Below the pieces are notes generated by a model, which ran no database searches, was not told where the DNA came from, and saw only the letters and a program-made list of their open reading frames with translations. From an uncultured Nitrososphaeraceae archaeon (GTDB taxonomy: Archaea > Thermoproteota > Nitrososphaeria > Nitrososphaerales > Nitrososphaeraceae): a stretch of 64,000 nt of DNA. The stretch's first letter is position 1; each line of letters begins with the position of its first letter. Made by a program: the position numbers and the translations under genes. Shown in pieces: positions 44,440-55,861 of this stretch. Location of the stretch: the NCBI GenBank assembly GCA_963779615.1, contig CAVZZA010000003.1:768001-832000 (forward strand), written 5' to 3'.

Positions 44440-44960
44440 GATGGCGATTCTCAAAAACTTTATATTGTCTGTTTTTTGATGGCTACGCTTTGTCTTTTGC
44501 TTATGGTTTTAGCAGCGTTATGGCTGTCCCGCCTGATCTTATCAAAGGAAACTATGACTTTGGACCCATTTTGTGGGTACAGGATGACAAGCAAGGCAAT
44601 ACAGCATGGCTTCTTTTTGGAACATGGAATCTAACCTAAATAACCAAACAAACAGCGAAACCATAACTCTTTGGGTGTATCTAATGCCACAATTGATATG
44701 GTTAAACCTGATGGAACAATGAAACACACCCATGCACTAACTAATTTTGTATTGTCTAATTCCTCAAACACAAATAGCAATACAACTGTATACAACGGAA
44801 CATTCACTATAAGTTTGAAGGTCCCGGTTAATGAAGTCCCTACAAGCATAAAAGTGATGAATAAAGGCGTGTTGAGCCTCTAGTTGAACCCTGAAAGTGT
44901 AAAGGATCGCTTTGGAGGTAATTTGATATGCGATACAATATCCAATACATCTGATTAAGC
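44440..44960 (+). pseudogene. Degraded secreted beta-rich protein
   Basis: Fragments FGPILWVQDDKQGNTAWLLFGTW and NATIDMVKPDGTMKHTH...YNGTFTI across frameshifts and stops. Confidence 0.55.
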
Positions 44961-45084
44961 CAATGGTTTTGGAAATAGATAACACAATTTAATACTATTA
45001 TTTAATATTTCAATTGAGCATTCTTTTAATTTTTTCCTTTTTGAACCAATAAAGTATTTAGATATTTAATTTAAGGATAAACGG

Positions 45085-45310
45085 GCTTTTCATCTAACGA
45101 TTTTCTACTCCTTGTTGTGAAAATCTGCGAAAAGATGAGCCAGTTTATGACATTTTTTAGTTTGCATTTCTTTCTTCTGCACGGAAAATAGTCATCAAAG
45201 CATTCGGTCCTATCCTTCAAGTATTGCAGTCCTCTCAATGATGCCTTTTTCATAAGGGAATGCAGATGATGGTTTTATGTATTGTAGATGGTAACAGGAT
45301 TATATCATGT
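45085..45310 (-). mobile_element. IS6 transposase 3' remnant
   Basis: LQYLKDRTECFDDYFPCRRKKCKLKNVINWL. Confidence 0.8.
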
Positions 45311-45353
45311 GACTAAGAAAAGGATTTTGTTGTAAGTCATGTGTTTTTACAAA

Positions 45354-45770
45354 GCACCAATCTGCTTCATCAAGCCTGCCAAATCATAGAAAAGTTTCTC
45401 TTCTACAATTTCCTCATTCTTCAATGTACAACCGTGCAAAACTCTGTCTGAAACCTTTTATTTGTGGGTTGAATCATCCATCCATCAAAACCCTTCATTG
45501 GACCTTTGAATGTTCCTGTAAAATTGGTTATCGAAAATGTCCAGTCACCTTGGCCAACTAATACCTTCTATGGGTCATTATCATTACGGTTGTCTGGAAA
45601 AGCCTTGAAAAACTCAACAGAATTATCCTTATGATTCGATCGTCCCTTCGTTGGCTCAGGTCGACCTGGCCAGTATATCGCAAATTCCTCCGAGTGACGC
45701 TTGTTAAATGCGTCCCACTCCTGACTATTCCATGCATCATCTAGAGTTTTCATTAGCTTTAGATTTCCTT
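45354..45770 (-). pseudogene. SnoaL-like ester cyclase, frameshifted
   Basis: LDDAWNSQEW..F...H, FFKAFPD; in other frames GQGDWT..FTGTFKGP and FCTV...IVEE..FYD. Confidence 0.75.
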
Positions 45771-45998
45771 CTAGGTTTATTTGGATATGGTTATTGCAGA
45801 GTTGGCAACAGATAAGGTTTCACACATTGCTAATGGTTATTTTGACGATTGATGGAGATGGTGTATGTTAAAAGCATTTTTTTATATGTAAAGGAAAATA
45901 ATGGATAAGGTTGTTACCGTATGCAGTTAATTAGTATTTGCTTAGTGAGTTAATTATTATTTCTGGAATTAAATACTATTTATTCGTAATACATATAC

Positions 45999-46961
45999 TT
46001 GACTACCAGTAATTATAACAATTCTTTTACAATTAATCCTTCACTAAAAATTGATCACGTTCATCTTAGGGTTTCTGACCTAAAGGAATCTGCCAGGTTT
46101 TATCAGTCAATTTTAGGATTCAGGGTTTTAAAGGAAGACTCGGCTACAAAAACCGCCTTTCTTACTACTTCTCCTGTTGACAATCCTGAGGAAAAAGAAA
46201 AGGTATCGCCATTACTTGTTTTAACTCAGTTAGATAATGAGTATTCCTCATATCATAAAAGCATAAAAAAAGAATCTGGGCTATACCATTTTGCCCTGTT
46301 ATTGCCCGAAAGAGAATATTTAGCAGCCTTTATTCGGCACATTAAAGAAAATCTTGATTCCTCATATTTTGAGGGCATGGCAGACCATGCTGTATCTGAG
46401 TCGATTTACTTTCATGATCCAGATCATATCGGGATTGAAGTCTATAGAGACAGGTCACCATCTGAATGGATCTGGAATAACAATAAAGTTCACATGGTTA
46501 CCGAGCCTTTGGACGTGGCCGATTTGCTGACTAAACATACTGCCAAAACATGGGACGTAATGCCTCCAAGCACCACAATTGGACACGTCCATCTGCACGT
46601 GTCCAGTCTTACCAGGACACGAAGATTCTACAATGGTGTGCTTGGTCTTTATCATACCGCCTCGTGCCCTGGCGCTTATTTCTTTGCGGCTGATCGGTAT
46701 CATCATCACGTGGCAACAAACACCTGGATTGGAACAAACATTTCGCCGGCCAATAATAACGAACAGCGGGCACCAGGTCTTGATCATTATGCAATAGCAC
46801 TGCCTAATAACGATGAAGAAATAACAAGACTAAGGAATAATTTTGCTAATCTTGGAATAGGCATCGATGATAAAATGGCCGAAACTGATAAACAAAACCA
46901 TAATACCACATTTTATGTTTATGACGCAGATGGAATAAAAATACAATTACTGTTCAGATGA
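45999..46961 (+). CDS. Two-domain VOC protein, CatE-like (catechol 2,3-dioxygenase family)
   Basis: DHVHLRV, GLYHFALLLP, ADHAVSESIYF.DP, IGHVHLHV, YHHHVATNTW. Confidence 0.9.
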   Translation: MTTSNYNNSFTINPSLKIDHVHLRVSDLKESARFYQSILGFRVLKEDSATKTAFLTTSPVDNPEEKEKVSPLLVLTQLDNEYSSYHKSIKKESGLYHFALLLPEREYLAAFIRHIKENLDSSYFEGMADHAVSESIYFHDPDHIGIEVYRDRSPSEWIWNNNKVHMVTEPLDVADLLTKHTAKTWDVMPPSTTIGHVHLHVSSLTRTRRFYNGVLGLYHTASCPGAYFFAADRYHHHVATNTWIGTNISPANNNEQRAPGLDHYAIALPNNDEEITRLRNNFANLGIGIDDKMAETDKQNHNTTFYVYDADGIKIQLLFR

Positions 46962-47449
46962 ATTTGTCTTTTAGAGTTTATTTGATAATTCAATTGATAA
47001 AATAACATGTGCATATGTGCAGCAGATTGGTGCATTTCAAGCGCTAGCCCATGTTCCTCTATAACCAGCATAGAGACTGTCTTAATTGTTTTTTAATGTA
47101 TGTATTACAACTGTTTATGTTTTTCTTTTTCTTGTCTATTTGATAAACCAAAATCAATATGCCACCTTTAATTATCATGCATATCCCTTTCACACAGGTC
47201 TTGTTTAGCATTAGAAAACAAAATAATTTCAGAACACAAATAGTTAGAAAATGAATCATTTCTCCAAATCTCGTATATGAAACTTCATTATTACACATCT
47301 ACTTTCCATTTATTATGACGGATTGTCATACTGCTAACATTAAGCTTAATGGAACCTCGCATCTGCTAGGCAACAGAAAGCGAGTTTGCTTTATTATGTA
47401 ATGTTTCACCGTCCAAGTAAATGGGTTGGAATGGACGGAGATAACGTGC

Positions 47450-49012
47450 CTACGGTCTAGCCGAGCCGCCACCTACATACTTGAATGCTATAAGCGAACC
47501 AGGACTCCACAATTTGGTGGTAGGGGTGATTGGACCTTCCTTCATAGCTTGCACTGGACCCATCATGTCAGTAATCACGTATAGAGTGAGGCCGTCGGGA
47601 CTAAAGGCGATGTCGCGGTAACGGTTCTCGGAGTGGAATAGTATTTCGGGGTTACCCAAAACTGCTGTTCCATTTTCTTCTAGTGCTATTTTGAAGATCT
47701 TGCCGGCCTTCAGAGTCGTCATTAGAAGGTTATTCTCCCATCCGGGAATAGCATTAGAGGTGTACAGTCGCAAGCTTGACGGTGCAACGGTTGGATAGCA
47801 GGTAGAGGCCATCTTTCCACATGTCTTGGCCTGATCTGTAAAGTTAAAGTTGCTATCTACAGTGTAGAATGTTTGGATTGGAGGTACGAAATTTGATGCA
47901 TTAAATTCACTTTCATTTTTCACAGTCACACCAGCAGGTGCGGGTGCAACATCGTTAAATTTCAACTCTTCGCAATTCTTCGCAGCAGACCAGTTATAGT
48001 ACTGATATGCTTTGTCGTCAATGTAGCCTGACACATACGGCCATCCATAGTTTCCGCCTGCTAGAAGATGATTAATTTCATCATCAGAATTATCCCCATG
48101 CTCTGAAACGTAAAGATCGCCGTTGGGACCCACCGCTATTCCCTGGGCGTTACGGTGACCATAGGTAAAGACGTGGCTTTGGACTCCGTTGATAACGGGG
48201 TTGTCTTCAGGGACGGATCCGTCTGGATTCATGCGGAGTACTTTACCCTCATATGTACTCCAGTTCTTGGCAGCGGCCTGCTGAGCAGTGGGCAGATGCT
48301 GTGCCATGTTGTTCAAACAGGCTAAAGCCATCTGGTTTTTGCCCTGATCACCTATTGTGTAGTATAGCTTGCCATCAGGACCAAATGTCATACGGCCAGA
48401 GTTATGATCACCGCTTCCCGAGAGGCCGCTGATAAGGTCTAGTGGCTGGCCAATAGTATTGGTAGTTGGGCCGTACGTGAATCTAGTGATTTTGGTTTTG
48501 AGGTCAAGTTCCTCACCACCGGAGCCTTCCTCATAGGTATAGGCAACGTAAATATAGTGCGTGTTATTAAAATTGGGGTCAAATGCCATTCCAAGGACAC
48601 CGTCCTGACCTGCGGATTGATTAACGTTAGGGATAGGCATGCTGCTGAGCTTTGTTCCGTTATTAGGATCTATCCGTATAATGTCCTTTCCTACCCGCTC
48701 CGTAATCCAGAGTGTATCATCAGGACCATAAAGAATGTTTAAAGGAGCGCTAAGGTTTCTCGCTATCACGTTGACAGAGAAGCCCTTCTCTTTCAAAAGT
48801 TGTTCGCGAGCTTGTTGTTGAGCTGGGGTTAATGTTTCGTTGACAGTTACCGGGAATGGATCCTCTCCTTGACCCATTGCTGATTGAACAATATTAATAG
48901 TGGAAAAGCCACTAAACATTGCTGGAATTACTGATAATAGTATTATTCCAAATAATACTAACGTCATAACATTATGTTTTATTTTAAATTTTACACTTTT
49001 ATGGCTTATCAA
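47450..49012 (-). CDS. Soluble PQQ-dependent glucose/sorbosone dehydrogenase (s-GDH-like), secreted
   Basis: Signal/TM N-terminus; HNSGR, YYTIGDQG.NQ, YGHRN.QG, NYGWP, PTVAPSS, NRYRD. Confidence 0.9.
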   Translation of the reverse strand: MISHKSVKFKIKHNVMTLVLFGIILLSVIPAMFSGFSTINIVQSAMGQGEDPFPVTVNETLTPAQQQAREQLLKEKGFSVNVIARNLSAPLNILYGPDDTLWITERVGKDIIRIDPNNGTKLSSMPIPNVNQSAGQDGVLGMAFDPNFNNTHYIYVAYTYEEGSGGEELDLKTKITRFTYGPTTNTIGQPLDLISGLSGSGDHNSGRMTFGPDGKLYYTIGDQGKNQMALACLNNMAQHLPTAQQAAAKNWSTYEGKVLRMNPDGSVPEDNPVINGVQSHVFTYGHRNAQGIAVGPNGDLYVSEHGDNSDDEINHLLAGGNYGWPYVSGYIDDKAYQYYNWSAAKNCEELKFNDVAPAPAGVTVKNESEFNASNFVPPIQTFYTVDSNFNFTDQAKTCGKMASTCYPTVAPSSLRLYTSNAIPGWENNLLMTTLKAGKIFKIALEENGTAVLGNPEILFHSENRYRDIAFSPDGLTLYVITDMMGPVQAMKEGPITPTTKLWSPGSLIAFKYVGGGSARP

Positions 49013-49291
49013 GGTAAAAAATCATATTAAAACAAAAATATAAAAGGATTACTTTCAGGTATTAGGCATTATGTTGTAATAATCGAGTCTTAAATCACAA
49101 GACACAAAACTAATAGGATTATACACCAATGAGACTGAAACCATTAGACGGTTAGTTGAAATAGGATAAATGGACAATCCGACAACAAACTCAAATTAGC
49201 AAGGCATCAATCCTAATGCATACTAAATTGTCTAAAAATTATCAACAGGTTTCTATATAAGTATTGAAAGTGAGAAAATAGGCATTATAAA

Positions 49292-51019
49292 ATGAAAAAT
49301 ATTGGACTCAAACGTCTTCCAAATGCTTACAAGAAAGAGAATATAGGATTAATCTCTGGACCACTATTATTTATCATTATACTTTTCTTTCCCTTTCCTC
49401 ATGATGCATCCTCAAACAATGCAAATACCGATTCGGGTAATTCACAATTTCCATTTTCTCCCCAAATTGCCTTGGGAACAATGGTATGGATGGTCATTTG
49501 GTGGGTTACCGAATGCGTACCATTAGGGTTTACAAGCCTTTTGGCGCCTTTTATTTTCATAGTTAGCGGAATTCTCACGGTTAATCAAGCATTGCCTAAA
49601 TTCTCTGATCCCATAATATGGATATTCATATCAGGCTTTGTTCTTGCTGCAGCGTTTAAGAAATGCGGGTTGGACAAGAGAATCGCGTATAAGCTTGCCA
49701 CATTCTATAAGGGAAACAATCCAAAGGTTGCCATATTCTTTATCGCATGCCTACCCGTGTTTTTACTTTCAATGACTGGATCCATAACAGCTTCCACAAC
49801 CATAGTGTTTCCTTTTGTATTGGCGTTTATGAACATTTTAAGCACACCAGTTGAATCCTCTCAAACAAACAAAAGCAATACAGATACTACAAATAACAAC
49901 AACAGCAATATTGCCGCCAGCCCTCACAAAAATGCCCCAAAAAAAGACAAAGTCAAAAAAAACACATATGCCGAGGCAAGTTTTCTTTCCTTGGGACAAG
50001 CTGCGACTGCGGGAGCAATGTTGCTTTTAATAAGTACGGCGCCCAACCTTATAGCCAAAGCTACTGTAGAAGACTTTGCACCGGGGAAAACAATCTCTTT
50101 TACAGATTGGTTTATAATAGGTTTCCCACATGCAGTTATGGGTTTGCTAATATCGTGGAATGTCATTTTCCTAATTTTAAGGCCAAAAATAGAATCTCTT
50201 TCTTCAGTTAGGTATCAGTTTAAGAATAGTTTGACTAAAATGGGTAAAATGACAACGGAAGAAAAAACAGTGTTGATGATACTGCTTGTGGCGCTGAGCC
50301 TATGGGTTGCGCCGTCACTAATAAGATCCCTTTATCCTCTTGATACCAATAACACCAACACAAATGAAAAGGCAGAGGAAAAGGGCATTTTGTTTATATT
50401 GTTGAGCAGTTTTGCAAATAATGTACCAGAATCGATTCCTGCTTTATTAATAATATTGGCAGCAGGATTAATCAGAATTAAAGGAAACAATAACAAAGAA
50501 GAAGGGACAAACAACAATTCTGCAGTAGCAAGTCATCCTATTTTAAACTGGAGTGAGATACTAAAGGCGATAGATTGGAACATCATATTTCTGTTTGGTG
50601 GCGGTTTGGTGCTGGGTCTTGGGATAGAGAACAGTGGCCTTGCGTCTTTGATGGGTGATCTGATATCAAAAAGTGTAGGAGACAATATGACAGAATTGAG
50701 CATATTTGCAATAAGTGCTATAATGGGTTTTGTGATGTCATATGCCTCATCCAACACTGCTTCTGCAGTGATAATGTGTCCTCTTGCTGCCTCTCTTGCA
50801 ATAGGTGCGGGTTTTAACCCTATTCCACCTATTATTGCAGCTGGTTTAGCGGCATCAATATCAAGTGCCATTCCTTCCACAACTCCACCTATGGCAATAG
50901 TATATTCTTCAAAGGCAGTTAGCATTTTGAACATGTTTAAGACAGGAATTATATCCGATATACTAAGGCTTGTCATTTTGATTACCATTGGTCCAATATT
51001 GATAGGTTTGGTTTACTAA
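49292..51019 (+). CDS. SLC13/DASS sodium:anion symporter
   Basis: WWVTEC.P, GLDKRIA, TAPN, ISFTDW, LFGGG, SNTA, TPP.AIV. Confidence 0.9.
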   Translation: MKNIGLKRLPNAYKKENIGLISGPLLFIIILFFPFPHDASSNNANTDSGNSQFPFSPQIALGTMVWMVIWWVTECVPLGFTSLLAPFIFIVSGILTVNQALPKFSDPIIWIFISGFVLAAAFKKCGLDKRIAYKLATFYKGNNPKVAIFFIACLPVFLLSMTGSITASTTIVFPFVLAFMNILSTPVESSQTNKSNTDTTNNNNSNIAASPHKNAPKKDKVKKNTYAEASFLSLGQAATAGAMLLLISTAPNLIAKATVEDFAPGKTISFTDWFIIGFPHAVMGLLISWNVIFLILRPKIESLSSVRYQFKNSLTKMGKMTTEEKTVLMILLVALSLWVAPSLIRSLYPLDTNNTNTNEKAEEKGILFILLSSFANNVPESIPALLIILAAGLIRIKGNNNKEEGTNNNSAVASHPILNWSEILKAIDWNIIFLFGGGLVLGLGIENSGLASLMGDLISKSVGDNMTELSIFAISAIMGFVMSYASSNTASAVIMCPLAASLAIGAGFNPIPPIIAAGLAASISSAIPSTTPPMAIVYSSKAVSILNMFKTGIISDILRLVILITIGPILIGLVY

Positions 51020-51454
51020 ATGAAGGAAAAAGGCTATAGTTATGTATAGATTTATCCGTATTCAAAGGGCATTTATTTTAAACAATAGAGACCAATTACA
51101 TAAACAAACTGTTTATTTATTCTATCAGCATCACAAAACATAAAACGAATAAGAATATTTTCTACCCGAGTGATATGTTTCGTCATTGGGCATTCCTAGT
51201 TTTAGGAAATGATTTTTCATTTTTTAGTTTCTTCTAGATTAGACATTGTAATTGCATGGTGATCAAGTCATGGCTTATCCAGAGTATTGGCAGTTAGAAT
51301 ATTAATACCAATCCAAGTATTTAAGGATACGTTGATAGTATCCTAAATAATAAATGACGTTGATATATGGCATAGTCTAACCCCTCAATAATACAAGAAA
51401 CAAACAGGTATCCATTTTTTTATCCTATAAAATATTATTTTATTATTAATACCG

Positions 51455-51885
51455 GACCTTTACTATTGTGTAATACATTATGAGAGACTCCCCCTAATAA
51501 TGCCGTTTTAACCTTTCCGTGACCTATGCCTCCAATAACAATTTCACATCAAAATTACTCTTTTCACCATAATCAATCATAATGGATGCAGTGTAGCCAC
51601 CTTTTAAAAACACCACTTCAGGTTCCATATTGTATTTCTTCGATTGGTTTTTGCCAGATTCAAGAATATCTTTTGCTTCTTTCTCTAAAGATGCGATTAC
51701 AGAATGACAATTTTTTTGGGATTGGACATAAACAAACGGCGGTATTTCTAATACATATAAAACAGTTAACCAAAAGATAAAACCAAACCACATCAGACTA
51801 AAGTGTTATAATCGCAATAGGAGCATCATAATTTCAACTATTCAGTTAATTCCATTAGCAAAAGAATATGCTTCCAAAGAAGAAC
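51455..51885 (-). pseudogene. Universal stress protein remnant
   Basis: TVLYVLE, EAKDILE, G.TAS..IDY, and LLGGVS..V.H fragments with frameshifts. Confidence 0.6.
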
Positions 51886-52295
51886 GGTGGAGACAAATTC
51901 ATAAAAGATATGGCATCAGAGAACGGCAGTTTTATTCGACTGAGAAAGATAATTTCGCTTTAGAAAGTAGTTTTATTGACGAACATCTTACAAACTCTTT
52001 TATTCTTATGTTCAATGCTTTTGAACATTCATTTAGAGGCATATCTAAGGAATTTGATGATAAAATATATCCTCTCAACCCAAACTTGGGGGTTTATTTC
52101 CTAATATCATTGTCTAAACTAAATTTGTTGAATGCAGAGATGAACACATTTATAGAGATTGTCCTAGTAATTAGAAATTCAATTCATAATAACGGAATTT
52201 TCGTCGCAACTAAAGGTAATCCAGCAAAATCTTTACCCTGGAAAAATAAGACATATAATTTTTACAATGGTACCATCATTAATGTCGATGATGTT
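51886..52295 (+). pseudogene. HEPN-like domain fragment
   Basis: FNAFEHSFR helix and IRNSIHNNG (Rx4-5H-like); no clear start; cut off by integrase stub 1. Confidence 0.45.
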
Positions 52296-52432
52296 TGGCC
52301 CTCTAAACCTAAAAAATTAAAAAACCTTTCCAATCTTTTTGGATATTTTTCTCTGGTTACTGGCGACTTTAGCGCAAATAAATATAGAGACCAGACGTTT
52401 TGTTCTTGTTTGTTGTTTTGTTCTACTATCAC
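52292..52432 (-). pseudogene. Tyrosine integrase 5' stub 1
   Basis: GTG start; reads IVEQNNKQEQNVWSLYLFALKSPVTREKYPKRLERFFNFLGLEGQT, homologous to ORF 58830-59168 (FIYALRSSESKRHYPKRLKVFLDYL). Confidence 0.7.
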
Positions 52433-52483
52433 CTTTTTTATACATTTTATTTTAGAACCCTCTTAAAAGAACCCGTTATAGGA

Positions 52484-52503
52484 ATGGGCCCAAGGGGGTT
52501 TGA
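52484..52503 (-). other. att-like tRNA 3'-end fragment 1
   Basis: Minus strand TCAAACCCCCTTGGGCCCAT, identical to 20 nt of the copy at 59264. Confidence 0.7.
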
Positions 52504-52904
52504 GTAAGGTAGATAAGCGGGTTCAATCAACTTTTGTACATAACTAAAAGGATTTAAATTGTGCAGATAAAGAAGTTCAATAACAATGTTAGGACACTAT
52601 AACAAACATAATTTCGTTAAAAGTCAGTAGTTATAGACAGGTCAAAGTAGAATGCGATTGAATGCTACTGTAAGACGGGATTCATGATTATACAGTCATT
52701 AGATTCTATCACATTTTTTATACGCAGTTTTGATAATAGCTTGGATACTGTCAGAAAAGAATTGAAGAAAGAATTCAAAAAAGATGGCCCTGACAAATAT
52801 TTCATGCCAAACTCTGAACAAAAATATACTTGTGTCACAAACATCCGGTATTGCTAATCTAATACATCAAATGGTGAAAAAGTTTAATTTTAGATTGGCT
52901 ATTA

Positions 52905-53054
52905 TTAAGTTGCAGTATTATCTTTTTCGGCATCGGCCTGATTGCTGTCACTTTGGGTTTCACTTACATCATATGCAGTGCTTTCTTCATCTAATGTTTC
53001 GTCTTTGAGGATTTTCTTCACCGCTTTATCCTCTGCAAAAACATCTTCACTCAT
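52905..53054 (-). CDS. Small acidic hypothetical protein
   Basis: MSEDVFAEDKAVKKILKDE..., 49 aa; AT-rich TATA-like sequence upstream. Confidence 0.4.
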   Translation of the reverse strand: MSEDVFAEDKAVKKILKDETLDEESTAYDVSETQSDSNQADAEKDNTAT

Positions 53055-53553
53055 TGCTGTAAATGATGAAACAAAGTATTTATAAATATCATAATCCAAG
53101 GAGATAATAACAATATCTTGCTTTAATCAATCCGTTTCATATTTATATTATAATTATTATGAATTCTGCGATTTCTCATTGTAAAATCCATATTTTTACA
53201 GCAATCAAAAAAGATGAGGGAAAATAATGCATATCCTCGGTCCGTAAATAGTTGAGCATGTGACATAGTGAGCGTGACAAATGTTCCTGTCACGTGATAA
53301 AATTAAATAAACTCTGGGGAGGAGTATGGAAAATTAATTATAATTCTGTGGACTTTAATGAAAGAAATTAAAAGAAAATGCTCATGCATCAATATAAAAA
53401 GACAACATCGATATGATTATATCTATTTATTATTAATTCTAGAGTTATGAATAACTTTGTTCTTTTTCTCTCTAGTAATAATGTACCATTTTAGAAGGTT
53501 TTATATAATTGTCACCTAAGGGATGATGACTTTGGCTTCGAAAAGTAGGGATA

Positions 53554-53570
53554 AATGCCGATATCGGTTC
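53554..53570. repeat. 17-bp repeat with palindromic core, copy 1
   Basis: AATGCCGATATCGGTTC, identical at 55660-55676. Confidence 0.8.
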
Positions 53571-54081
53571 TCAATAAGAGATTCTACTAAATTACGTGAT
53601 ATAACCAAATTTAAAGATTATGGATTCATTTGTTATTACTCATGTGTAGTCATTTAAACTATATTAGATACCATTTTTTAGAATTCATCTGAATAACATA
53701 ATAAAAAAGGGTTGAATGAACAACAAATATTGGCCATGGCATGTTCCTTACCCTTGAACTGATGCTGTTACAATTGGCATGTTCCTTTCTGCATGCATTA
53801 CTTGAGTTACATACTGCAATACGAATCGTAAATATGTAGGTTTGTTAAGTCAACTCTTTTACATTTTCTTGGCTCATGGTTAAGTTAGATAAATCCACTT
53901 GTATCAAATAAAAAAGTCAACAAATTACTGTTAAAACAAGAATAACAAGCAAAGAGCATAGCAATCATAGTAATGTGATTGTAATTCGTGGGGATACGGT
54001 TCAAGGATGAAGATAATCCCTGAACATAGTGATGTTTTCTCGGGATTAAGGATGAAGCGCTATGTTTGAATATTCATTTTG

Positions 54082-55431
54082 TTATTTTTTATTTTTATGG
54101 ATTTCGTTCATGACGTATTGCATATAATCGACCATTTCAGTTTTATCCAATGACGTTTCAACTCCAGATGCTTCCGAAATTTTATCTTCAAGATTCTTTG
54201 CAATGGTCAATACTCGGGATTCTAATTCTTTATTTCTATAAGCAGTGCCAATACTACCAAGGAAATTGGCTTGCTCAGTTACAGATTTCCTAATTGATCT
54301 TAGAAGTACATTATCCCGCGAAACAATTTGGGCTGCCGAATATAGTCCTGAATAAATAAAGTAGCATGAGAATCCAATAAGAGAAATCGAAAGCAGGCCA
54401 AATGGCGGATATGCAGCCTGAGTAGCATTGGCAGATCCCGTAATATAGAAAAATAAAAATCCGAATGCAGCTAACATCAATTGAGTTCTGACTGCAGAGC
54501 CCATCTTAATGGTTTTTGCTATTGATAAGAAAGAGGTTCCAAATATGATTCCTGAAAGAAGTCCTGCAAAAGAGAATATGAGAATATTTAGGAAAGCATT
54601 TGCGTCACCAAAAGGATCTAAATACCCCAACGCAAAAAGAGGAAATTCTATATTGTAATAAATAAGAGATATAATCATTATAGACCAAAACTTGTGTCTT
54701 CCAATTCTGTGTAGATATCTATATAGCAATTTTACACTGCCTATCCAGGTTAAGATAAATGCAGTTACGGAAAAACCATTGTTAATTAAATTAATTTGAC
54801 TTCCGATAAATTCACTACTAAATTCAGGAAAATAAGCAACATTACCTAAAGAGATAATCGGTTCTTGCTGTGCCAATGTATCCAATGCGTAAATCAAACC
54901 GAATAACCCATTCGCAACATAGGCTATCATAGCAAGTGTAAATATCAGGATAATGTTATTTTTATCAAAATTCTTATACCATAGGATGAATGCTCTTGTC
55001 AATAGTCCCAATATACCAATCCAAATTCCAAAACTAATAATGTAAATAATGTATAGAAAAGCGGTATAATATTCTTGAAATATCGCAATCTGTAGAACAA
55101 CAGAAGTTAACATTATTACGATTATAATTTGTGATATGAATATTATAAAAAAAACTAATTTGAAATGAATGTATTTTACTTTTGTCAGTTTTTCGATATT
55201 TTTAACACGATAAATAATAAAAACAGATGATAAAATTAGAAATATTGTCAAACCTACATATAGAAGAATCCCAGGCAAAGAGGATACATATTCGGGAATA
55301 AAATCTGAGATAATACCGATCTGAGAATCTATAATAACAGAGATAATCATGAATATAAAGACAATCAGAATTCGGTTGTTTTTGGGTTTCACAGAAGATG
55401 ATATACCATCCACATAATTTTTAATGTTCAT
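54082..55431 (-). CDS. Multi-pass membrane hypothetical protein
   Basis: 449 aa, about 10 hydrophobic segments, soluble helical C-terminal tail. Confidence 0.85.
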   Translation of the reverse strand: MNIKNYVDGISSSVKPKNNRILIVFIFMIISVIIDSQIGIISDFIPEYVSSLPGILLYVGLTIFLILSSVFIIYRVKNIEKLTKVKYIHFKLVFFIIFISQIIIVIMLTSVVLQIAIFQEYYTAFLYIIYIISFGIWIGILGLLTRAFILWYKNFDKNNIILIFTLAMIAYVANGLFGLIYALDTLAQQEPIISLGNVAYFPEFSSEFIGSQINLINNGFSVTAFILTWIGSVKLLYRYLHRIGRHKFWSIMIISLIYYNIEFPLFALGYLDPFGDANAFLNILIFSFAGLLSGIIFGTSFLSIAKTIKMGSAVRTQLMLAAFGFLFFYITGSANATQAAYPPFGLLSISLIGFSCYFIYSGLYSAAQIVSRDNVLLRSIRKSVTEQANFLGSIGTAYRNKELESRVLTIAKNLEDKISEASGVETSLDKTEMVDYMQYVMNEIHKNKK

Positions 55432-55659
55432 ACATATTATCGTTAAACGATGTTGTTGAATTTATAGAATTGTGAATATATTAAATAACCTCAACCCTAG
55501 GTATTAGACGGTGCGTCAAAAGTAAATATTTAGAGAATTTGTAACAAAAAAGGCTTTTCGTCCAGTATCGCATATGGAATAAATCTTAAGCGAATCCAAA
55601 TAACATTATCTATTTTTAACTAGAAATTTTATTTCTGGTCTAATCCATCCGTGGGTGCT

Positions 55660-55676
55660 AATGCCGATATCGGTTC
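55660..55676. repeat. 17-bp repeat with palindromic core, copy 2
   Basis: AATGCCGATATCGGTTC. Confidence 0.8.
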
Positions 55677-55861
55677 CCTATAACGGATCACAAAACAAAA
55701 GAGAAATGTTATTCTAAATATCTTTAGATACTTTGGTTGTTTAGTCAAATTAAGGCTTATGTATAATGTATGCCAATCAGGAAATTCTTTAAACAACACG
55801 AGTATCCGGAGCCTCCAAAGCATATTATAACTTTTAAGATAAAGTAAGCATTAGTTATGAC

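Noticed and set aside
44176-44634. 152-aa hydrophobic ORF
   Set aside because: Low-complexity AT-rich frame overlapping a degraded secreted-protein gene
52008-52466. 152-aa ORF as a genuine gene
   Set aside because: Its 3' third is the antisense of integrase stub 1; treated as a chimaera
53554-55690. Classical integron attC sites
   Set aside because: No RYYYAAC/GTTRRRY ends in the expected arrangement and no IntI-type gene
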